Shown: positions 28,626-37,842 of the stretch, one piece after another
Position numbering within the stretch: the stretch's first letter is position 1
Layout of the letters: every line of letters starts with the position of its first letter
Notes under the pieces: model-generated
Seen by the model: only the letters and a program-made list of their open reading frames with translations
The model's database searches: none
Told to the model about the DNA's origin: nothing
Program-made: the position numbers and the translations under genes
From: Thermoplasmatota archaeon
GTDB lineage: Archaea; Thermoplasmatota; E2; JACPAO01; JAHFTW01
DNA length: 64,000 nt
NCBI GenBank assembly: GCA_041601615.1
Contig: JBFIHX010000007.1
Coordinates: 64,001-128,000, forward strand
Reading direction: 5' to 3'

Positions 28626-30641
28626 ATGACCCGAACCGGTCCCTGGACTCTCGTCCTGTTGTTCGTATTCGCCTCGACTGCCGTGATGGTCGATACTGCG
28701 CAGGCCCAATTGGAGCAAACGGGCTCCGTGGAAGGCATGACCTGCATCGATGGCTCGGATGGCTGCTGGAACGCCATCCCCAACGCCACCATTACTCTGG
28801 AGCGCACCGACGGTGTCGTACCTGCCTCCTACAAGACCACCAGCAACAGCGACGGCTGGTTTGGATTCAAGGAAGTCCCCGCGGGCACATACAAGGCAAG
28901 CGCAAGCCACACGGGCTTCTCTGTTGCATCCAGCTCCGTGCTCGTTAAGGCCGAAAACGCAAGCCGCATCGAGCTTCGCCTCGAACCCCAAAGCGTCACC
29001 CCCTCCGTAACTGTGGCAAACGAATCCGGCAGCGGCATCGACGCGACCGTCCGCTGGTGGTCCGACCGCACCTCAGGCTCCAGCAAAATCAGCGCCGGCA
29101 AAGGCAGCCTCTCCACCACGAGCGGCTACCACTCCTTCGAAATCAGCGCCCCCGGCTACGCCCAGACCAACAAGTGGTTCCTCGTAGACGGCACCGCAAT
29201 CAGCTTCACCCTCGCCAAGGTGCCCCCGCAAACAGCCACCATCACCGGCGTCATCAAGGACCAAGACGGCACGCCTGTCTCTGGCGCCATTGTGGAAGTC
29301 TACCAATACGGCGGCTACGACTACGACTACGACTATGAGTACGAGGAAGCACCCCCTGAATCGTCCTCCTCCAGCCCAAGCCCAATTCGTGAACCCTACT
29401 ACCCGCAATACGGCGGCAACAACCAAACCCGAACCGCCGCCGACGGCTCGTACCGCATCCACGTCTGGGCCGGTGAAGTCAATCTCAACATCCACAAGGC
29501 AGGCCACGCCCAACGCCACGACAACGTCGCGGTCAAAGACGGCCAGACCCTGAACCTCGACGTGAAACTGCTGAAGTTCCCCGAGAAAACCGCCCACATC
29601 GAAGGCCGCATCATCGGCAGCGACGGCAAGGCTCTGCGCTACGTCTCCCTGAACCTCTGGAGCCCTGCCTACGGCATTCGCGAATGCAGCATCCAAGCGG
29701 AAGACGCCCAAAGCAAGCAAAGCGGAACCGGCAACAGTAGTAGCAGCGGCGGCAGCGGAAGCACCGGCAGCAGCACCGAACCGGCCATCGCCTACCCCGA
29801 ACCATACCCCTACTACGACCCCGGCTGCGTCATCACCATGTACGCCGACGGCACCTTCAATGGCGATGTGACCCCCGGCTACACCATCCTCGAAGCCTGG
29901 CACGACCACTGGCGCACCTGCAACGAAACCAGCAGCAGCGACGGCAGCTTGAGCCGCACCTGCGGCCCCGAGTACCTCGGATACTCCCGCACACTCGACC
30001 TGCAAGCAGACCAAACCACCAAGATCGTCGTGCAGCTGGTTGCCCGCCCCGCCCCCGACGCCCGCGTCAGTGGCTACGTCGTCGACAAGGACACCAAGAC
30101 GGCCATCCCCGGCGTCCAAGTGCAATTCAGCAACGAAGAAAACTACGGCTGGGGCAACGCCGGCACCGACAAGGACGGCAGCTACAACGTCAAACTGCGC
30201 AACGGCTACCACCGAGTCCACGTCTGGGCCGAAGGCTACCTCCCCTGGCAAGGCACCCTGTTTGTCCCCGCCAAAGGCAACATCGACCTCGACATCGTGC
30301 TAACCCCCGGCCAAGAAACCTACGGATACTGCTGCTACGCCTACGACGACATGGCCTACGCCGAATCCAGCGACGGATCCGTCAAAGCCTCCTCCTCGCC
30401 CCGGCCCGCAACGGCCCCGCCCATGGAGTCCAGCGCCGAAACATCTGAGTCCCGCAACACCAACAGCGGCGGCTCCGACGGCGAGACCGTGCAGGACCTC
30501 GGCGGCGGCCTCGGCCCCTACGACGCCAAGAAACGCGCAGCCCTGCAAGAGTCCAGCGACAACGGCGCTCCCGGCGCCGGCATCGCCCTGCTTGCCATGG
30601 CGCTGCTTGGTGCCCTGCTCATCGCCAGGCGACAACAGTAA
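28626..30641 (+). CDS. Surface protein with multiple carboxypeptidase-regulatory-like domains and C-terminal sorting tail
   Basis: Signal peptide; repeated I/V-x-G-x-V/I-x-D...T-x-x-DG-x-Y; tail APGAGIALLAMALLGALLIARRQQ. Confidence 0.82.
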   Translation: MTRTGPWTLVLLFVFASTAVMVDTAQAQLEQTGSVEGMTCIDGSDGCWNAIPNATITLERTDGVVPASYKTTSNSDGWFGFKEVPAGTYKASASHTGFSVASSSVLVKAENASRIELRLEPQSVTPSVTVANESGSGIDATVRWWSDRTSGSSKISAGKGSLSTTSGYHSFEISAPGYAQTNKWFLVDGTAISFTLAKVPPQTATITGVIKDQDGTPVSGAIVEVYQYGGYDYDYDYEYEEAPPESSSSSPSPIREPYYPQYGGNNQTRTAADGSYRIHVWAGEVNLNIHKAGHAQRHDNVAVKDGQTLNLDVKLLKFPEKTAHIEGRIIGSDGKALRYVSLNLWSPAYGIRECSIQAEDAQSKQSGTGNSSSSGGSGSTGSSTEPAIAYPEPYPYYDPGCVITMYADGTFNGDVTPGYTILEAWHDHWRTCNETSSSDGSLSRTCGPEYLGYSRTLDLQADQTTKIVVQLVARPAPDARVSGYVVDKDTKTAIPGVQVQFSNEENYGWGNAGTDKDGSYNVKLRNGYHRVHVWAEGYLPWQGTLFVPAKGNIDLDIVLTPGQETYGYCCYAYDDMAYAESSDGSVKASSSPRPATAPPMESSAETSESRNTNSGGSDGETVQDLGGGLGPYDAKKRAALQESSDNGAPGAGIALLAMALLGALLIARRQQ

Positions 30642-30667
30642 GACCCCCCTTCTCCCATCTTATTCCC

Positions 30668-31144
30668 ATGGAGCTTTGGTTGCTTCGCCATGCCCACGCT
30701 CCATGGACCTCCTCCATTCCCGACGCCGAGCGCCCCCTTGACGCACTAGGCATGCAACAAGCAGACGAAACGGGAGCCTGGATGCGCCAACAACGCCTCC
30801 GCCCCGACCACATCCTCGTCAGTCCCGCCGTGCGCACGCGCCAAACAGCCGAGAGGGTTCTCGGCGCCCAGGCACAAAGATGCGTTGTCGATCCTCGACT
30901 CTACGAAGCACGACTCGACGACCTGCTTCGCGCCCTACAAGACATCCCCGCTGACGCCCAGCGCGTCCTCCTCGTCGGCCACAACCCCGGCATGGAGCAA
31001 CTGGTGCGATACCTTGCGCCTCGTTCCTCCACCGATGAACCGGAACTGGACGTCCAACCCTGCACCCTGGTCCGGCTCCGCATCCACGGATTCACCAACA
31101 ACGGTGGCAAAATCTTAGAGATCCATCGAACCGGAACCCCGTGA
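30668..31144 (+). CDS. sixA: SixA-like phosphohistidine phosphatase
   Basis: LLRHA, DAERPL, SPAVRTRQT, LVGHNPGM. Confidence 0.88.
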   Translation: MELWLLRHAHAPWTSSIPDAERPLDALGMQQADETGAWMRQQRLRPDHILVSPAVRTRQTAERVLGAQAQRCVVDPRLYEARLDDLLRALQDIPADAQRVLLVGHNPGMEQLVRYLAPRSSTDEPELDVQPCTLVRLRIHGFTNNGGKILEIHRTGTP

Positions 31145-31939
31145 CTCCGCCTCTCGAAGCGACGAAGCCACGCTGGCCAACGCACGAAGACCCGGCACCG
31201 TACGCGTTCCAAACCAAGTAAGCGCCTCACCGTCGATCACAAGCTTTCGCTCCTGCACCCCGGCCCGCCCGAGCCCCGCCGTATCGATTTGCTCCAATTT
31301 CTTGTCAAATGGATACGGCTCCGTAGGCAACAAAGTCCAAGCCGCACCCGACGCCGCGACCTCGGCCGCATCGACTTGGAAATACTTGGGTCCCTGATGG
31401 CGCCCAAATACATTGGCAAGCCCCACCGCCGCCAGCATCGCATGCGGATACGCCGAGCGGTCAAACGTCATCCAAGGATCATACCAAATCGGACAAAACA
31501 CCGGCACCGCCAACTGATTGCGCGTCGGCCGCACCGCCTCCAGAGTCTCGCGAATCAACATGGCCGCCGCCAAGCCCGCATCCGGAACCCCACACCGAAT
31601 CCCAAGCTCATCCAAAAACGTTGCAGCATCCTCCACCGAATCAATTTCTGAGTGCAAAACCTCCACGCCCGCCGCCCGCAGCGCCTCCACGAGCGCCAAC
31701 GGATTCTCATCCTTGTCCACCACCACAAGATCAGGTTCAAGCGCCAAAATTTTCTCCAACTTGGCATCCTTCGTGCCGCCCACAACAGGAATGGAATCGA
31801 CCCAAGGAGCCGGCGCGATGCAAAACCGAGTCCGGCCCACGACGCGGTTGGCCAAACCCAAATCATGCAAGCTCTCCGTGTGGCTCGGAACCAGGGACAC
31901 AATACGCTGCGGGGGCTGCACAAGGGCGCGGAGGCGCAC
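31115..31939 (-). CDS. Helical-backbone metal/cobalamin-binding protein (BtuF-like, no signal peptide)
   Basis: RIVSLVPSHTE, VGRTRFC, VGGTK, KDEN, TEPYPF, DGEALTWFG. Confidence 0.85.
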   Translation of the reverse strand: MRLRALVQPPQRIVSLVPSHTESLHDLGLANRVVGRTRFCIAPAPWVDSIPVVGGTKDAKLEKILALEPDLVVVDKDENPLALVEALRAAGVEVLHSEIDSVEDAATFLDELGIRCGVPDAGLAAAMLIRETLEAVRPTRNQLAVPVFCPIWYDPWMTFDRSAYPHAMLAAVGLANVFGRHQGPKYFQVDAAEVAASGAAWTLLPTEPYPFDKKLEQIDTAGLGRAGVQERKLVIDGEALTWFGTRTVPGLRALASVASSLREAESRGSGSMDL

Positions 31940-32032
31940 GGGATGGAAACGGTTGCGTCCGGCAAACGACCACACCCAACCCACCAATTTCATTCATCGA
32001 CCCTGACCACAACCGTATTCACCCGCCGCCAA

Positions 32033-33361
32033 GTGGATTCCTTCGTGGATGGGCCCGGCGCCGACGCGGCACCCTCAAAACCCAGCATGGGCAAGCGCAT
32101 CGTCGAGCTCGTGCTCGGCAAACCCAAAACGGAACGCAAACCGCGCCCGCACCCCTTTGCCCACGAATCAACAAGCGACGCCGAAAGCCACTACACGGCC
32201 AAACAAGTGCTCGCATTCTGGGGCGGCATCGCCACCCTCATCGCCGTCAGCAGCCTGCTTCTGGCCGACCGCTTCAGCCCCCACTCAGCCGGCTGGTTCG
32301 GCGGCCACGGCGCAAGCGGCCCAAGCTTAGCCTGGGAATCCTGGACCCTCGTCCCCCTCTTTGCAGGACTCACACTCCTCGGCTTCGGCTTCGTCCACCA
32401 ACCCTGGGCCAAACGCCTCACCCTCGTCGGCTGGGTGCTGTTTGGAACCTACTGGGGCCTCACCGCCACCGACCTCTTTGTCAAAGAAGACAGCGACTAC
32501 GTCAACTTCGTCTTCGCCGTCGTCGGCGTCTACTTCTTCACCTACCTCGCCTACCACCAATGGCTGGACCTCGCCCGCAAAAGCGACACCCACGCCCTGC
32601 ACTTTCTCAACGTCACCGCATTCATCGCCGCAGGCACCTACTTTCTAATTGCCAAAATCACCTTCCTCCGCGTCTGGCTCATCCACATCGTCGGAAACCA
32701 CACAAAATGGATGCTCGACCTCTTTGGCCAAGGCAGCAAACAAAACATCCAATTCATCGTAGACAAGACCGACAGCCAAGGCCCTGTGACCTTCTTCTAT
32801 CCGCAATACTACTGCGACTGGCAATACCGAGGCGACGCCGTGGGCCGATACTGCCTCGAAAACGGCCGCCTCTCCGAAAGCACCGTCGTAGCCAACTCCG
32901 GCTTCCTCGGCAACCTATGGACCTGGACCCCCGAAGTCGGCATCGAATATGTCGTACCCGTCAGCATCATCCTCGCCTGCACCGCCATCCAAAGCATCAT
33001 GCTCTTCGTCGGCCTCTTTGCCGGCACCAAAGCGAACTTCCAACGCAAACTCAAGGCGAGCCTCATCGTCGGCGCCATCATCTACGTCCTCAACCTCGTG
33101 CGCAACACCGGCATCATCTGGTTCTACGGCCAAGGCCACGCCAGTTTCTGGATGATGCACAACGCCATCGGCAAAGGCGGCAGTCTGCTGGCCATGGTCG
33201 GCATCGCCTTCGCCGTCTTCAAGTGGTTCCCGGAGTTTTTCCACAGCCTCGTCTCCGTGCTCGACCTGCCCGACCGCGACGGCCCCATCGAACGCGCCCT
33301 CAAAGTCGGCCGGCGCCGACCAGAAGCCGCAGCACCCGTCAAGTTTGCCGGCGAAGACTAG
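32033..33361 (+). CDS. artA: Archaeosortase A family membrane transpeptidase
   Basis: Multi-TM; catalytic ILACTAIQS, LNLVRN, HNAIGK; start 32033 (GTG) or 32087 (ATG). Confidence 0.88.
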   Translation: MDSFVDGPGADAAPSKPSMGKRIVELVLGKPKTERKPRPHPFAHESTSDAESHYTAKQVLAFWGGIATLIAVSSLLLADRFSPHSAGWFGGHGASGPSLAWESWTLVPLFAGLTLLGFGFVHQPWAKRLTLVGWVLFGTYWGLTATDLFVKEDSDYVNFVFAVVGVYFFTYLAYHQWLDLARKSDTHALHFLNVTAFIAAGTYFLIAKITFLRVWLIHIVGNHTKWMLDLFGQGSKQNIQFIVDKTDSQGPVTFFYPQYYCDWQYRGDAVGRYCLENGRLSESTVVANSGFLGNLWTWTPEVGIEYVVPVSIILACTAIQSIMLFVGLFAGTKANFQRKLKASLIVGAIIYVLNLVRNTGIIWFYGQGHASFWMMHNAIGKGGSLLAMVGIAFAVFKWFPEFFHSLVSVLDLPDRDGPIERALKVGRRRPEAAAPVKFAGED

Positions 33362-33440
33362 ACGCGCCGCCCAGCGGCACGCGACACCACGCAACGCCTC
33401 GCGCCAGCACCCTTAGAAGACGCCCCGAAGTCGCCGCCCT

Positions 33441-34070
33441 GTGCTGAAGATCGCCCAAGGAGGCGCCAACTGGCTCGTCACCCCGCTCGGACTCGCCATC
33501 CTCATGGCCGGACTATCCAGCTACGCCGCCATCCTACTGCCCCTAAGCATGGTCCCCTTCAGCCTCGCGCTCGGCTTCTGGTACTTCTTTCGCGACCCCG
33601 ACCGACGCATCGCCGAAGGCATCGCCTGCCCCGCCGACGGCAAAGTGGTCCGCATCGACACCATCGAAGACCCCGACCTCGGCACCGTCGACCGACTGAG
33701 CATTTTCATGCGCCCCAGCGACGTTCACGTCAACCGATTCCCCATCAACGGAAGCGTACGCAGCGTCGTCCACCGCCCCGGCGGCCACGTCCCCGCCTTC
33801 AACAAAGACAGCGACCGCAACGAACGCGTCACCACCTGGATGAAAACCGACCTCGGCGAGATCAAAATCCACCAAATCGCCGGCGCCGTCGCACGCCGCA
33901 TCGTCCCCTACAGCCGAAACGGCGACCACGTCAAGAAAGGCGAAAAACTGGGCCTCATCCGCCTCGGCAGCCGCTGCGACCTACTCGTGCCCACAGGAAG
34001 CGTCACCTGGACCGTGCAGCTCGGACAACGCGTATTCGCCGGCAGCACGACCGTGGGTGAAGTGGCGTGA
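33441..34070 (+). CDS. psd: Phosphatidylserine/archaetidylserine decarboxylase
   Basis: FFRDPDR, PADGKV, SIFM...VHVNR, QIAG, LGSR autocleavage motif. Confidence 0.93.
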   Translation: MLKIAQGGANWLVTPLGLAILMAGLSSYAAILLPLSMVPFSLALGFWYFFRDPDRRIAEGIACPADGKVVRIDTIEDPDLGTVDRLSIFMRPSDVHVNRFPINGSVRSVVHRPGGHVPAFNKDSDRNERVTTWMKTDLGEIKIHQIAGAVARRIVPYSRNGDHVKKGEKLGLIRLGSRCDLLVPTGSVTWTVQLGQRVFAGSTTVGEVA

Positions 34071-34768
34071 ACGCAACCCCAGCCCTCTGGCGCGACGTAC
34101 GCGTAGCCGACCTTGCCACCCTCCTCAACGCCCTGCTCGGCCTCACCGCCATCCTGTTTGCCGCCACCGGCCGCCCCGTGCTCGCCGCCGAATTGGTCAT
34201 GGCCGGCATCATCGTCGACGGCATCGACGGCGCCCTCGCCCGCATCGGCCTCGGCGGCGGCCCCCTCGGCGGCATCCTCGACACCCTCGCCGACGTCGTC
34301 ACCTTCGGCGTCGCCCCCGCCGTCGTGCTCGTCACCGCCACCACCTTCCACCCCCTGCTTGCCACCGCCGCCGGCCTCTATCTCTGCGGCGTCCTCCTAC
34401 GGCTAGCACGATTCGAAGCCATGCGCACCACCGGCCCATCCGACACCCGCCACTTCATGGGACTCAGCAGCCCCGGCGCCGGCCTCCTCGTCGTCACCGC
34501 CGTCCTCCTCGACGCCCACCCCTTCGCCACCGTCGCCGTCGCATTGCTTGCCACCACCCTCATGCTGACCCGATTCCCCATGCCCAAGCTTCGCGGCAGC
34601 CTCGGCATCGTGGCGGTGCTGCTCATCCTGGCAGTCCTCGCGGGCCACGCTCGCACGTGGCAACCCTGGGCCGCCGCCCTCATGCTCGCCTTCCTAGCCG
34701 TGTATGTCCTAGCCGGACCCTTATACGTCAAGGCCCGCCTGCGCCGACCCTCCCCGGAGACTCCCTGA
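34067..34768 (+). CDS. pssA: CDP-alcohol phosphatidyltransferase (archaetidylserine synthase)
   Basis: DGIDGALAR...GGILDTLADVVTFGVAP, LRLARF, FMGL. Confidence 0.9.
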   Translation: MNATPALWRDVRVADLATLLNALLGLTAILFAATGRPVLAAELVMAGIIVDGIDGALARIGLGGGPLGGILDTLADVVTFGVAPAVVLVTATTFHPLLATAAGLYLCGVLLRLARFEAMRTTGPSDTRHFMGLSSPGAGLLVVTAVLLDAHPFATVAVALLATTLMLTRFPMPKLRGSLGIVAVLLILAVLAGHARTWQPWAAALMLAFLAVYVLAGPLYVKARLRRPSPETP

Positions 34769-35580
34769 TGGCCCGCAAGCCCCAAAAAAAACAGAAGACC
34801 TCCATCCGCACCGCCGCCGGCACCGCCCAGCGGTCCTTTAGCGAACGACTCAAAGCACTCCGCGCCGACCCATTGCGCGTCCTGCCCGACTGCCCCAACG
34901 GCGAACCCAAGGCCATCGCCAAAATCCACGCAGGCCTCGACAAAATCGTCACCGGCAAAGTCGGATTCCTCCTCAAGCGCGACAAAGGCATCGTCGGCGC
35001 CGTCCTCTCCAGCATCGAACTGGCCGACCAAGAAGCATTCCCGCGCCTCATCGACCACAAAGTCGGCGGCACACGACGCTTCTTCATCCAGCGCGGCCAC
35101 GTGCCCCGCTCCTGCCTACTCGGTGTCCAGAACCACGACGACGCCCGCACACTCCTGATGGCCTACCGGCCGCTTGCCAAGTCCGACAAACTGCACTTCT
35201 TTGCCGACCCCGGCATCACCTGCACCGGCACCGACGCCCAACCCCCACAAGCCTGGATCGACGCCCTCGCAAACCGCGCCGGCTTCAAACTCGAAACCAC
35301 GGCAGAAGGCTGGACCTGCGGCCACGAAGACAAAGGCCAGGTGCGACTCGGATTCGGCGACTTGCGCGGCATCCACATCTGCGGCGCCTGTGGCAAAAAA
35401 ACCGGCAACCTGCACTCCCTGATTCGCACCTGCTACGCCGGGCCCAAAGAACGGCAACCCGTCGAAGTGTCCGTCGTCGTGGAAGGCGTGGAAGGCGCCG
35501 CCCACCCGGACAAAATCGCAGCCTACCGAGGCGGCGTCATCGACGAAAAGGCGCTCGTGGACAGTGTCACGCTCACCTAG
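34768..35580 (+). CDS. Hypothetical protein, possible Zn-binding
   Basis: TGATG-coupled to pssA; CGH and CGAC motifs; host-like codon pattern. Confidence 0.7.
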   Translation: MARKPQKKQKTSIRTAAGTAQRSFSERLKALRADPLRVLPDCPNGEPKAIAKIHAGLDKIVTGKVGFLLKRDKGIVGAVLSSIELADQEAFPRLIDHKVGGTRRFFIQRGHVPRSCLLGVQNHDDARTLLMAYRPLAKSDKLHFFADPGITCTGTDAQPPQAWIDALANRAGFKLETTAEGWTCGHEDKGQVRLGFGDLRGIHICGACGKKTGNLHSLIRTCYAGPKERQPVEVSVVVEGVEGAAHPDKIAAYRGGVIDEKALVDSVTLT

Positions 35581-36164
35581 AACCCAAGCCCGCCAAGGAA
35601 AAAGCCGACCTGCCCCGCTGCCTGCCGCTGCGCACCGCGCCAGAAATGGTCCGTGGGCACCGACGCGAACCGAGCGTCCGGGATGGCTTCGGCAAGATCC
35701 ATGCCGTGCTGTACCGGAACGTCCACGTCCCGAAGGCCATGCAAAACGAGCGTCGGGCACGGGACGCGGGGAGCAAGTGCAATCGCTTCCTCGCTCGCTG
35801 GCAATTCCCGCATCTCCTTCAACACCGCGTTGGGCTCGAAGCCGTACTTCTTGCCAAACACCGCCCACTGAGGCCGGAATTGCTTGTGCGCCTCCTCAGC
35901 GCGGCGGGCCCAACTGGCGACGGGCGACAAGAGAATCAGCGCGTCCACGGCGACATTGCCGAGGGCGACCTGACGAAGCAGCAAATTCGCACCGAAGCTG
36001 TAGCCCAAACCGATGCGGGGGCCGGCTGGCAAGGATTCGGCCGTGGATTGGATGGCATCCTCGCAGGCAGAGAACAGGAAGGAACCCGGGCGAGATTCAA
36101 GGCCTGGGTACGGGACCAGGGCGCGGGAATGGTCTGGGAGAAGCGCCTCGGCAAGCACGTCCAT
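35577..36164 (-). CDS. Alpha/beta hydrolase
   Basis: GYSFGA nucleophile elbow, LVLHGLRDVDVP, DHFW. Confidence 0.8.
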   Translation of the reverse strand: MDVLAEALLPDHSRALVPYPGLESRPGSFLFSACEDAIQSTAESLPAGPRIGLGYSFGANLLLRQVALGNVAVDALILLSPVASWARRAEEAHKQFRPQWAVFGKKYGFEPNAVLKEMRELPASEEAIALAPRVPCPTLVLHGLRDVDVPVQHGMDLAEAIPDARFASVPTDHFWRGAQRQAAGQVGFFLGGLGF

Positions 36165-36338
36165 GAACGGGGAGGAGAAAGAGGGACATACGAGGGCGGA
36201 GGGCACGGATCAGGCCAGATTGGGGGCAGGGTTCAAGGTAGCGGAGGGGCGTCGCGGCAAAATGATGAGGCACCGAGCAAGAGGCGGGCATCCAGCTCGC
36301 GGCCGTTCTTGGTGGCTTGCCATGCTTCGTTGGCAAGC

Positions 36339-36737
36339 TTAGCGAAGTCGGACATGCGCCTTGCCTCCGTCCTTTGGCGGATTCACTCGATATCGATTCG
36401 CACCCAGTTTTTCGACGTAACCGGTCTCCATCCAGGAACGCCAACGGAGTCCAGCTAGGTCAGAAAGCTCAACATCGCGTTTTCTGCGAAGGGCTTGGAT
36501 TTGGTTTTGCTCCAAATGGCGGCCAATCACGAGGGGGGCATCCGTGTCCGTGATGCAATAGACGCCACGCGAGACGCGCTCAATGACGCCGGCTTGCTTG
36601 AGGCGATTCAAGGTGCTGTCGACATTGCGAATGCCCCAGACTTCCCTTGCCTCCGCCGCAGTGAACGGAGTCGTTCCGAATGCCCGACGCAAGGCTTCCG
36701 ATTTCAGGCAAGCATCCACATATGGAAGGTTGTACAT
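36339..36737 (-). CDS. AbiEi-like (type IV TA antitoxin) N-terminal winged-helix protein
   Basis: FTAAEA...LNRLKQAGVIERVSRGVY. Confidence 0.65.
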   Translation of the reverse strand: MYNLPYVDACLKSEALRRAFGTTPFTAAEAREVWGIRNVDSTLNRLKQAGVIERVSRGVYCITDTDAPLVIGRHLEQNQIQALRRKRDVELSDLAGLRWRSWMETGYVEKLGANRYRVNPPKDGGKAHVRLR

Positions 36738-36831
36738 GAAGGTATCTTGGATTTGGGGGGGGGGGGAATGCTCTGGCGGGGGTTCGGCTGCGAAGGCGGA
36801 TTGCGGAGTTGGGCTGAGAGGAGGGTTGGTG

Positions 36832-36894
36832 TCTAAACGACTGAGGTAAGCCGCCTCGACCGGAGGGAGAGGCGGCTTGAGCGATTTGTTAGCA
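36832..36894 (-). other. attC recombination site 1
   Basis: Minus strand TGCTAAC AAATC GCTCAAGC CGCCTCTCCCTCCGGTCGAGGCG GCTTACC TCAGTC GTTTAGA (R''-5-L''-VTS-L'-6-R'). Confidence 0.9.
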
Positions 36895-36911
36895 CGAGCA
36901 GAACTACAACC

Positions 36912-37349
36912 CTATGCTGGCCTGAAGTCTTCGTAGATCTGGTCACTGAGGTCCAATCCAAGTCGCTTGTGCATGGGGCCGTAGGCCGTGTATCGTTCTG
37001 GGCGAACGTGCCGCAACTCATGGCCAGCATCTGTGACTACCCCCAATTGCTCAATGTTGGCATCCTTGTGGAGGTAAAATCGAACGCGGTCGGCTCCGTG
37101 CTTCGTCATCCAGGCCGCAAGCGGTGCCAGGTCATCGCGGGGGCAGACGATGACTGCCATGAACCAAGAGTCTGGAACGTGGGCGGGTAGGGCGTCAAGG
37201 AATTCGTGTTTCATCCAGCGGTCAATGTGTTGGACCTCGTCGGTTGCCATCTCCAGGCAATTTGGTTCCTGGCTGCTTACGATGAGGGCCAATGTGGAAT
37301 GGGAATGGGCCGCAACGACGCGAGTCCAGTCCTCAAGGCGTCCTTTCAT
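36912..37349 (-). CDS. Hypothetical cassette protein
   Basis: 145 aa; ATGA overlap with upstream wHTH gene; stops 17 nt before attC1. Confidence 0.7.
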   Translation of the reverse strand: MKGRLEDWTRVVAAHSHSTLALIVSSQEPNCLEMATDEVQHIDRWMKHEFLDALPAHVPDSWFMAVIVCPRDDLAPLAAWMTKHGADRVRFYLHKDANIEQLGVVTDAGHELRHVRPERYTAYGPMHKRLGLDLSDQIYEDFRPA

Positions 37350-37720
37350 GCGTGAACAAGGCCGCGTTGGGTGGATTCGTGCCGGTATGCATCAGGAAGT
37401 ATTTGCTGGCTGACGAGCAGGACTCTTGCGCCGAGGGCAGAGAGTTCAATTCTCTGCGTTTTCAAGTCAGGCATCAAGCCCAAGCGGATCAAGCCCTTCT
37501 GGTCGAGGGCACGAATTGCTTTCGTGACCGTGGCGGGGGCAGCGTCGCCTTGAATTTTTTTTGCCAATTCTGGCCGACTAAGAGCGTGCCCCATGAGGGC
37601 CTCTAGGGCCTCAAGTTGCCGTCGTGCACCTCGGCCACGAATCTCCATGGCAAGCTGATACTCATGGTCCTGGTCAAACTCATCGGGCCACATAGTTACC
37701 CATGGGTAAGCATAGGACAT
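37346..37720 (-). CDS. MarR/ArsR-like winged-helix cassette protein
   Basis: LSRPELAKKI...PATVTKAIRALDQKGLI...IELSALG. Confidence 0.72.
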   Translation of the reverse strand: MSYAYPWVTMWPDEFDQDHEYQLAMEIRGRGARRQLEALEALMGHALSRPELAKKIQGDAAPATVTKAIRALDQKGLIRLGLMPDLKTQRIELSALGARVLLVSQQILPDAYRHESTQRGLVHA

Positions 37721-37752
37721 AAGGGTGTCGGCAGACCCTGCACTTCCGCGCG

Positions 37753-37816
37753 TGCTAACGGTCGAGGTCAGCCGCTCCGAACGAAGTGAGGAGTCGGCTG
37801 GAGCGATTTGTTATCT
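37753..37816 (-). other. attC recombination site 2
   Basis: Minus strand AGATAAC AAATC GCTCCAGC CGACTCCTCACTTCGTTCGGAGCG GCTGACC TCGACC GTTAGCA. Confidence 0.92.
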
Positions 37817-37842
37817 TGCGCGGCTCGGCCTAACTAGGGCTT

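Noticed and set aside
36832-37816. Two similar ~63-bp palindromic repeats as a CRISPR array or plain terminators
   Set aside because: They are separated by ~860 bp of genes, no cas genes are present, and the box/spacer layout and unpaired bases fit attC.
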